A stretch of DNA of 60,426 bases, the filler included, from Asterionella formosa (lineage: Eukaryota): the NCBI GenBank assembly GCA_002256025.1. It is 10 parts of 10 records of this genome, joined end to end, with 100 filler letters (N's around TTAATTAATTAA, not from the genome) between each part and the next. Parts side by side here need not be neighbours in the genome. Positions count along the whole stretch, not along the records: positions 48,442 to 54,385 come from NKIB01012877.1; positions 54,486 to 60,426 come from NKIB01012879.1; 8 more parts are not named here. One strand, written 5' to 3'. A program made the position numbers and the translations under genes. The stretch's first letter is position 1. Every line of letters begins with the position of its first letter. Positions 50,641 to 60,426 of the stretch are shown here, one piece after another. The notes beneath the pieces are model-generated. The model was not told the origin of the DNA. It searched no databases and saw nothing but the letters and a program-made list of their open reading frames with translations.

Positions 50641-51525
50641 ACACATGATGGGCTTTGTGGCTGTACTTGACGCAGGTTTAGGTGAATTAGCTAATTGTCA
50701 TAAAAATCTTCAAATACTTTTCAATTGTCGAAGCAGTCATGCTATGCTATGTATCAAAATTTTAATTGATCAAACATAAAATATAAGAATTTTCTGTGTA
50801 AAGGGGTGTGATGTCCGTTGGGGGTAGAAGTCATTCTCGTAGTATGCATGCTTTGTACTGACTTTTTTAGGAATCGGAATGACCTAAAATCAGGGTGTGA
50901 AGAAGGACCACTACACAACAATTTGAACTTAAAGAAAACGCCATGACCATCATCTCATTGCCCGGATATTGTAGGCATTCTCCTTGGGTCACGTCATAGA
51001 CATAGTCAACGAATGTTTAGGATGACCGTAGTGTCGCGAGTCACAGATATTAAATAGAAATTTCGATGACTTTTGTCGGCACACCTTTACACATGCATGA
51101 CTGCACTTATGTGGTACTTGGTACTCGGATAACCTGTAATGTACTCGGAGTACGGTATTTTAGTGCGCATGGTGTGGTGTAATATATACATTGTTGTATT
51201 TTATCAGATGTATATATAGAATTTCTTAATTCGATGTAGACATTGACTTTTATTATATATCTATCTATTCATGCACGAGTTTGTGACAGCAAATTACGAC
51301 CACAATATAGTTGCATTTAATTAACCTAAGATCATGTAAATACCACTATACATTATGACTGCGCTAAAAATAATGTCGAAGTATCATACGTATGAAGACA
51401 TATATTCTTGATATTATCATGTCCGATAAAGTATTACTCATGTTATTACACATCTCAGCAAGGCAACTTCAGTAACTTTATCGACTTTAATAAGCTTTGC
51501 TATCAATTTCAGCATTTGGAAAGGC

Positions 51526-54385
51526 ATGCTGCGCCCTTACTCACCCCGTACGGCGGGGCACAAGGCCTTCACTGAGCCCAAAGGATCATCCCTGAGAAAG
51601 GGTCTATTGATCGTGGGTTTGCCCCTGATGGCAATCCTAGCTCTTGTCAGCCCAACAGATATTTACAGCACATTTCCCAATGGTGGACTTCGTCAGCTCG
51701 CTGTTAACTGCGTTCATAATATATATGCCCTGAATGCGCAGATGGCCTTGGACCTTCCCCGTCCTCCCACAGTTTCTGCCGGCCTGGAGATTCCTTCCTA
51801 CATTTCTATTTGCAAAGAGTGGGTACAGCGAGGAACTGGGGTGGAGGAAGCACTGTACACAGTTGAGGATGATACTGTCTGTATGGACTGGTCGTCACCG
51901 CATGAACGCCTTTTGGAAATTATTTCGTCATCAATTCTCGACCGAGTCAACGGAAAGTCGCGCTACCGTCATGATTGTTTCAAATCACGTCAATGGGATG
52001 AGGCGGTCACAGGGATGGATCGCACTACTATTCAGCAGATGATACCTGTTGCTCGAATGGATCCAAATCTTCTCTATGTCAGTGTGGATGAAATACGCGC
52101 TCAGTGCAAGGTATGCCTTGCCAACTTTGAGCCTTACGTCGAGAAAAACCAATTCAAAGCATACGCTAGTCATCAATGTTTATCTTTCCCTCAAGAGTGG
52201 GAAGGAGCAACATGGCCTAGCGCCTTGAAGGTTAGCCCTGGACTAGCGGGAGATGCCGTCGTTCTTCCAGAAGATCCAATCTCGCCCAATGTAGTCCCCC
52301 TTTCTACTGTTTACAAACAGGTCCGAAGTCGCCTTGGATACGTCGCCAAGATCTTTTCCAACGTCACCGATTCCCCTCCTATGGAGCATGATTCCGGTGT
52401 TGTCATTTACATTGACCCTACCTCTAAAAGCGTTGCGAAGGAAGTGTACGTCGTGTACTTTCCTGAGCTTGTGACTAGTATTACTGTCCTGTCAAGTCCC
52501 CTGTGTGCGACAGCTGTCCTTGCGACTGGTGAGAAGTGCCTTACGTACGCCAATGATCTTGTTGCGTACTTCAAATCAATTTACCCAGGCCTTAAAACTT
52601 CCGGATATGAGGGTTCAGCGGGAATCCAATTTCAAATGGTGGCCTCTACAGCTGGAGCCTTCTCGCGCATGATCCTCACAAAGAAGCTAATATGCCCACC
52701 TGCTACTCCAACTTGCCTCTTCCCCGGCATGTCCAAGTATCAGGATGAAGAAGCTGGATTCAACACTACTGCTGTCATCATGGACTGCAGACAACCCATA
52801 ATAGGGTCTTCTGATTGTGGAAAGGCCACAGCTTTCTTTGTTAATGTTGGACATGGACAACGCGTGACTGTTGAGCTCGTTGGTGTCGTCAACAATATTA
52901 TCAAACCTCCATCTGTAGATGCACCACTGTCCTCCGACAATAACAAGGCGGCTGAGCACTTTCAGTGGGTAATGGAAGACAACTGGTCTGATGAAGGGTA
53001 CTTAAAGTCACAACAACCAACGACCAAAATGTCTCGTTCTCAAGCGTCAGCCAGACTAGATGCGAATATTCTTGAAGGCATTGAACAGTGGAACCTCCCT
53101 TCTACAGAGTTGAATCCAAATGCCTACATACCCTCGTTAGAAGTTCCCCTTTCCATGGAACATATTCTCTCAGCGAAAGTAGCAGAAGTCCCGATCAATG
53201 TGAACTATGGCATCCGTGAAACAACGAAACGAGTTATGGAGGAATTGGGTTTAGATGTTGATCTTGGATTTGCTAAACGAGCCTTGACTGAATCTGACCC
53301 TTCTGCACAGAAAAAACTTCGAGATGCATCACATAGCCGTATTGCGCAATTTGTGAAGAGAGCCAAGGCCAAACAGTACGAGGTAAGCTTGTCGTATGAT
53401 TTCATTGAAGTGTGGTGTAGAATACTTGATTATATTTTTACTATGCTATGTCGTCCTCTTACTTTCACCGGTCCTTCTGCCAGGATGCCTCTCGAGGAGA
53501 TTTGACACCCGGCATGGAAATGGAGATCTATTGTCCGGAAGTTACTGATGACGGGTACAAGATTGAGTATGACGGTGGAAGCACTCGTGTCGCAAAGGAT
53601 GATACTGTTGTGATCTCCGATGGAGCAGGAACTGTGACCTTTGACAAGGCAACCTTGACAGAATCAACCATTGATATGCCTCGTAGTGCCGAAGACTCAC
53701 AACGACCATTCACCTTCATCTATGATCCTGTTACCAAACAGAACATCACCATTTCTGGAAAGAATGTTACCATTAACAGGTATGATGGTATAATAAACAG
53801 CAAGCCTGTTGGTATATTACTGATCAATAACCAGACTGACGAGAACACCACTGCTACACTAATTACCGAGGGTTCTTCGGGTTCGTTGACTGGGGGCGAT
53901 AAACAAAAGATTTATAGTGGTACTATCATTTCGACTGACATGAATCGTATTGACACCGGCAATGTCATTCGCACCGGAGACGGCTACAGTATCAACACCG
54001 ATCCTAATCCTGGACAGCAGAGAACAGGAGATTACTTGTGGAACACGTTCAACAGCCGTGAATCTCCTTACTTCACTAGCGAGGTTGGTGTCCGCGGCCT
54101 GGACCGCGACATCGTCAAGGGAAAGCAGCCCAAGGAGTTGAAACTAGGCGAGCAATACAAATACGAAGCCCCGTCACCTGAACCACCGGTTATCGGGTTC
54201 GTTGACGAGCACGTATCGAACCAGATTCCCTTAACGTTCAACCGACGCCTCCTTGGCCAAGAAAAGGCAGAACTTCTTGCTGCAATGACTCGTGCACTGC
54301 ATCAGAAGGATATGAACCGTGGCGTCGCCATCACTGTTCCTACCCAGGACTTTAATTTCGGAAACCCCGACGAACTCGCCCGTGT
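51526..54385 (+). CDS. Hypothetical type II membrane/secretory protein (>900 aa), 3'-partial; intron 53383-53483
   Basis: 659-aa ORF with N-terminal TM (LLIVGLPLMAILALV) and Cys-containing luminal region; GTAAGC...CAG intron joins KQYE to DASRG in frame with the 53448 ORF. Confidence 0.8.
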
Positions 54386-54523
54386 NNNNNNNNNNNNNNN
54401 NNNNNNNNNNNNNNNNNNNNNNNNNNNNNTTAATTAATTAANNNNNNNNNNNNNNNNNNNNNNNNNNNNNNNNNNNNNNNNNNNNTGAAGCTTCCAATCC
54501 TCGTTTCTGGTATAGGCACTCAC

Positions 54524-54840
54524 CCATATGGTACTTGTCCCATCAAGCTCCCTGCAACACCCTTGTACAATCCGTTCAATCTCAACGGATTGGGCAAGCC
54601 CATTTGAATCCTGGTCTTGATGGTATCTACCGGATACATGGTAAAGATCGAGATCGAGCGAGCAACAGCCGCAGCCGACAAATGACGACGCGCTTCCTTA
54701 ATGGTCGACACAAAAAGTTGCAAGGGCCCATTTGGAGTGAGGCTGGCCTGATTACTGCGAAGAGTGGCGCTGGGCGCTCGGCTTTCGGAAAGGCAAAGCA
54801 CCAAGGCAGCAACCAACAGGAGCAACCACAGGGCTCGCAT
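54524..54840 (-). CDS. Mitochondrial carrier family protein (SAM-carrier-like) with signal peptide; first exon only
   Basis: MRALWLLLLVAALVLCLSES signal; carrier motif YPVDTIKTRIQ...GLYKG...GQVPYG; GTGAGT donor at 54523. Confidence 0.85.
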
Positions 54841-57344
54841 GGAACGGGAACGAGAGGTAAACGTGAACAGCATGGAGAGCTAAGATGGTTCGATTGTAGG
54901 TCGACGTAAAATTCATCGAACATTGATCTGTTGCTTCATTTTGCTTGGACGGCAGATCCGATTGAGTGCAGACACGATGACGATCGGATCTACCGGCACC
55001 TGATGGGAACTGGTACCTGGTACTCGGACTACCTGCTAGTTGCGGCCATTTTGCCGAAACTGAAATTTGGCGCCGGCAGGCACTCAAATTCGACTCCTCC
55101 GGTTACATTAATTCGACACTCAGAAATTTCTAACGTTTCGCGCTGGTCCATTAATTTCAATTTTATCAAAATGTAATTTTTAAGAATGATTTTCTGAAAA
55201 AACCAGTTTCCGAACCTTACTACCACTACGATTGGCGGGTCGTCCCCAATCTCAGTTCTGAGTGTCAAGATTCCTTATTGCAGAAATCTCTGAAAACAGC
55301 TGTGGTACATATGAACATAGATTCCGGTAACATGCTTTTTCTATATGCACATATTTATACAAGCAATGAATCGAACAAAGGAAATTCCCCATTATCATTG
55401 TAGCAGACCATCATAAAATGATTATTAACATTGAATTTTGTACAACTGCTTAATACTTTTATTAATTGCTTAAATAGAATACATGTATTGCTAGCAAGTA
55501 GTGAAACCATTGTTCATGAAGCTTTGATATTCATTCTTGCAAAATGGCTAAAATAGAAAATCGGTTTGGAAGCAAAATGGCACTCAACTGAAGCAACAAT
55601 ATCTCCATGATTTCTTGCCAGATCAAAACCCAAATTGTTTGTAGATAACTGTTTTCTATCATGTATGCATTAACTTACAACATCAGTAGTTCCTGAAAAT
55701 TACAATTGATTTAGAATTGGTGATTTATCTGCTCACAATAGGCATATCGTCATTGTCATGATGTTGCCACTACTACTAGTACTGGCAAACATCATGTTCC
55801 AAGATTATACATACTAGTACATAAAAAATATTCAACAATACATATGGTGTGTGTGTTGTATTAGTTCACAAGTATTGTTGTATTAGTTCACAAGTATACA
55901 TAGTAAATATGTATTCAGGAATGAAGAGACTAAATATATGCATCAATATACTGTTATATTTATTCCTGTACATTTTTACTCGTTGCATAACAATAAAAAT
56001 GCATATGTACACTCATTGACGGCTGGTAAACATATTCTATGATCGATCTGTGCCTCTGAACCCGACAGAATCTAGCTCTCTGGTAAAAAACCAACTTCTT
56101 TTCCATTGGGGCAATGAGTTTCACCCTAAAATAGTTCCTGCCAAATCGAATTCCAGCATAATAGTATTCAAAACTATCATGCCACGAATGAATGATAACC
56201 GTTGTCCGATCTAGCCAGCTTAATTATTATAGTATTGGATAAGCAGGCGTGAATATCCGCCATGTCCAAACAGTCATTTCGGCAAATTTACCGCAACTTG
56301 TTGGTACTTGGTAGTAAGAGTGCCAGGTATACTACCTATAGTATCATTATGTAACAAGGATGTCAAATAGGTGGTTCTTGCTAATATATATGGTGTATTT
56401 GGATATATAAGTAATGATTTCAGGGGATTTCCATATCATGAGGGAATTCCCCAAATTGTAGTGGCAACGAGCTACTATCAGTTGCTCACAATGAAAACTT
56501 TTTAATTTTTTATTGGTAATGTATGATTTGGAGAATTCCCGAAATTAGGTCCTGACCTCTCAAATATCCATTTGAAGGATACCCCCTCCCCCCGGTTCCA
56601 GGGACGATCCTGAGTGCAAAAATTACAGTAGACTAGGTCTCTGGCATTACCAGGAGCAGTTTTTTCATGATTGTCTGGTGGCTTGAAGGGAATGGGGGAG
56701 GCCCACATTGCTGGTAGAAAATAGGGTCCGATCCTTCCATCGCTTTGAGGGTTTTGCTGTTGGTAGTTGCCATGGATAAATTTTTCGGTATTTCTTCTGA
56801 AAGGGAGTAATCTGGGAATACCCTGTATTCACTGCAAGCTGGCCATCTAGTAACTCATCATTCCCATCATCATCCCTTTGATGTTACCAAGCAAACAATC
56901 AGCTATCCATTGGCATTTTTTTGGCATCGATTCCCTCTCTTGTACTTATTGGCAGTCAAAGCAACTTGGTGGTTTAGGATAAATGACAAGCCAAAGCAAA
57001 CAATTATCAGCGTCATTTTCGAGCTATTCAAGGGCATTTATACGGTAGATTGTTCTGGTACTTACCGGGCTACCGGGTATAGGTTTTGCTCTGGCTGTGG
57101 GTTTGTAAAATTATATATTTTAGATTAAGAAATGAAAAACAAAATGTAACACCGGTGCCGGTAGTCTATGGACCGTACTATTAGTCTACCGGTAGTCTAG
57201 TACCGGTATATTAATTATATATATATTTTTCAATGTATCATAATGTTCCCAGTACTTGGTGTTACAAATTCTCGAGTATTATTTTTGCAACCAAAGACGT
57301 GACGCGATGTTCTCACTGGTTCCTCATCGACTCTAGCAGCATCA

Positions 57345-58702
57345 ATGGCCTCTAAATCTGGCCGCCGCGGCATGTTTCTCCCTCCTCAGAAGCGAGAAAA
57401 GCTGCTGCTGAAAGTGGCAAAAGCTGAAAGCAAAGCACTGCTCTCGAATGGTCACAGTCGCAGTCCAGCGTCGCTGAAGGATGAAGGCTGCAGAGTCTGT
57501 CGGAAAGACAACGATCATGCCAATCTTCTCTTGTGCGAAGCATGCAACGCAGAATATCATTTGTACTGCTTGAATCCTCCCTTGCAGGCTGTTCCACTGG
57601 GGGATTGGTACTGTGGTGAGTACCTTTCCCACGCCGTCGCTGCAGTCAGTTGAAAATTCTCTCACGCTCTGAATTGTCGCACGATGTTCTTACAGGCAAA
57701 TGCAAACCATCGCGCCAGCAGCTTGCTGAACCCAAACGCGACTATGACATCGACGGACTAGACTACATGGTCTCGGCACTACCACCCTTGTACACAGAAC
57801 GATTTGGGGAAGTCGTGTGGGCCCAGGGTGGGCCGGGATTTGGCTGGTGGCCCTCCTATATCTATGATCCCCGCATGACAGTGGGTGGCGCGAGGGATTT
57901 GGCCAGAAAACATTTGGGTCGACGGCATTTGGTTTATTTCTTTCAGTGCCACGAAGCACCCTTTGCAGTACTACCGGATAGCAAAATCATGGAATGGAAC
58001 GAAGGCCTTGCAGAAAATTTGCACCTTGGCAAAGTTGCCAGGCATACAGGGAAGAATCGATCTATCATGTACGATGAAGCCATCAAAGTGGCCATTCTGG
58101 AATTGGGGAAAGCTATTGATCATCGTATGGATTGGAATCATCCTGATCCCAATGCCATCTTATCACCTGTTAAGCAATCGCAATCGTCGACTTCAGATTT
58201 TGTGCCATCCAAACAAAGTCGGAAGCGAGGACGAACTGCCCGGGCCAAAAAATTGTTGCCGGATTTGGAGATAGTCAACGTATTGCCGAGCCGGACGAAG
58301 AATCCAACAAGGAGTAACCTGCAAGCAGCGTTGTCGATTCAAAATGCAACCATACAGGTGGACTCTGAACTGTACTGTCGCATTGAATGTCAAGGCATCA
58401 ACATTGGCTTTGTCCAATTACAATCCCGCCGAGACGCTACTTTTGTGGAGGCGCGAGCAGAAATTATGAAGCTATTAGAAGCGGATCTTCCGCAGAAGTG
58501 GAAGTTTTATGTTCCGACCTTGGGGCCAGTGAGCTTTAAACAAGAAGATACATTGGGACCGATTCTGTTGTTTGTTCAACAGGCTTCCGTTGATCCTAAT
58601 TTGGGAGATGGAAGTAGCCGGTATCCCATGAAAATATCGATTGTGGAATATAAAGAAAATGAAGTTCTTTCTGGGGCTGCAATGGAAGATTGTTCAGATT
58701 AA
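57345..58702 (+). CDS. PHD finger + PWWP domain chromatin protein (425 aa); intron 57616-57695
   Basis: CRVC..LLLCEAC..YHLYCLNPPL..VPLGDWYC-GKC (PHD split by intron); GEVVWAQGGPGFGWWPSYIYDP (PWWP). Confidence 0.92.
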
Positions 58703-59147
58703 TGAAATCCGTTCGAGCACAAGCCATTTGGTCTTGACACTTACCAAATTCTCAACATGATTAAGTAAGTGCGAAATCAAGTGTCAAAGTTCAACTATAG
58801 CTACAGTGTTGAGGAACTAAAGTTTCCAACTTGCAAATGTTTTCAGACTCGACGTGTACAACACACTTTTTTATGTTGCACCGGTGGAAGGGATAGGCCC
58901 AGCTCTACCCTTTAAATCGCAAGTTTTATCAACCATTCGCTCCTATTAGGGTGGAATTGTCGCTGGGGTATGTGGATACTATCCCCCGGACTTGAGAATG
59001 GATTGCTGAATATAACAAGTGTTCCAGATAACGGTGTTCACTTTTGAGTTAATAAATGTCGTTTGGTAATCGGTGTTGAGAAAGGCAATGATATTGTTAA
59101 AATAAAAGATTATTGCTGCCGCTAGCTCTATGATACACGGATTGTTA

Positions 59148-60328
59148 TCATACTAGCTCCATTGTTTGCCTCATGAACTCTTGAATCTGAATTGGATCCG
59201 ATGGAATACTGGCGCCTCGTGTTAGAACACTGCACGTTGCCACACTACACCCAAGGGCCAAGGCGCTTTGAATAGCCTGTGGTGGCCATTCTCCACCAGT
59301 AGCAGTCCTAGGGTGGCTTCTTCGCCAGTCCCAAATACCTTTCAGAAATCCAGCGCAAAATGCATCCCCAGCTCCGGTTGGATCAATCGGTAGCACTTTT
59401 ACGGCAGCTTGCTTTGCAATGATGATTCCATTTCGAATCGCAATCGCTCCGTGTTCTCCCCTAGTGATAATCGCACATGTGTTTGGCGCTACTCGTGCAA
59501 AGTATTCCACAAAGTGCTCCATTGCAACGTCCTCGCCTGCGAGTCTCGTAACATACTTAGCTTCCAAATCATTGAGAAAAACAAAATCTAGACAAGGCAG
59601 CAAGTCCACCAGTCCTCCATCCCATTCACCAGTCGCATCGTGCTGCGTCACTAAGGATATGCATGTCGTTTGTTCCTTTCGTGTTTGCCTTAGCCACGCT
59701 ATACGTTCCTGTAGTTGACCATCCCAGAAACCTTGAATGTTGTAAAACCCAGCGATGTGTACGTGGATAATGTTTGCTTCGTGTGCCATGACGTTGAAGT
59801 GCACCTTGTTGGCAGCAAGGCCTGCTATGACACCTTGGTGAGTCATGAAGGATCGTTCGTTGTTGGCGACAATGACAATACAGTGTCCAGTGGAAGCCGA
59901 AAACTCATTCTCGTGAGCACAATTAATAAATGGAATTCCATGTGTAGCGGTATGATTCAACATGAGCTTGCCGAAGTCGTCTGTTGGATTAATGGCTGTG
60001 TGCAAGGTGACAGATCGATCATCCGTGGATTCACGCTCCAACGCTACCAGGTGCGTCGCGGAGTTGACAGCGGATCCTCCGGCCATCTTATGGACTGGGT
60101 GCGTCAGGCGAGAGTCCCCTCCTGCTTCGGGTAAGCCATCCTGAAGGAAGCAAAAGAGGTCTTTGAGAAGCAGAACCGATTGAGTATTTGCAAGTGGAGG
60201 CGGCTCGGCTGACGCTCATTTGTCCATCACAGTCTGGAAACGTATGCAGGTTTGAGCGGTAATTAATCAAACGTACCAACGTAACAATCCCCCACAATGT
60301 GAAACGAGACGCTGGGCGGAGTTGTCAT
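59148..60328 (-). CDS. PfkB/ribokinase-family carbohydrate kinase (354 aa); intron 60161-60276
   Basis: Exon 1 MTTPPSVSFHIVGDCYV joins DLFCFL...GGSAVNSA; FLNDLEA, ITRGEHGA and DPTGAGDAFCAG signatures. Confidence 0.93.
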
Positions 60329-60426
60329 GGTTCCGATAGTTTATAGCTAGTGCCTACTCGGAGTATTGCTTTTCCGTGATTACCGCCAGTATTCAGTCTC
60401 ATGACTGTGACGAGAAAGTGGAATTT

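Noticed and set aside
55854..55897. 21-bp two-copy tandem duplication
   Set aside because: Ordinary slippage in AT-rich intergenic DNA
1..60426. Fanzor/TnpB, viral or prokaryotic defence genes
   Set aside because: No RuvC, capsid, polymerase or cas-like motifs recognised by eye in the ORFs or hand-translated relics; a profile search would be needed to exclude highly decayed copies

Overview
Eukaryotic nuclear DNA, most likely a diatom or related stramenopile (GT-AG introns of 70-120 bp, a bipartite plastid-targeting presequence, a CoDi-like copia element, a CryptonS-type recombinase). It is not one locus. It is ten unplaced contigs of 5.94-5.97 kb joined by artificial 100-bp linkers (N44-TTAATTAATTAA-N44), so adjacency across linkers means nothing. 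Host genes: DUF1764 3' end, an 826-aa coiled-coil protein, an HCF107/Mbb1-like HAT/TPR protein, a plastid rubredoxin, a CDC6-like ATPase with altered motifs, a type II membrane protein, a signal-peptide-bearing mitochondrial-carrier exon, a PHD-PWWP protein and a PfkB kinase. Much of the rest is decayed mobile DNA: Ty1/copia, LINE, PIF/Harbinger (two), hAT, Plavaka-like, pogo and Crypton. Best leads: (1) a Harbinger-like contig holding a decayed 2OG-Fe(II) dioxygenase not in the ORF track and a 110-bp tandem array; (2) a P2X7-ballast-like Cys-rich ORF; (3) about 20 copies of the palindrome TACCGGTA; (4) a tRNA-like element lacking an anticodon arm; (5) the CDC6-like gene with non-canonical Walker B and sensor motifs. 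All family calls come from motif recognition by eye, not database searches.
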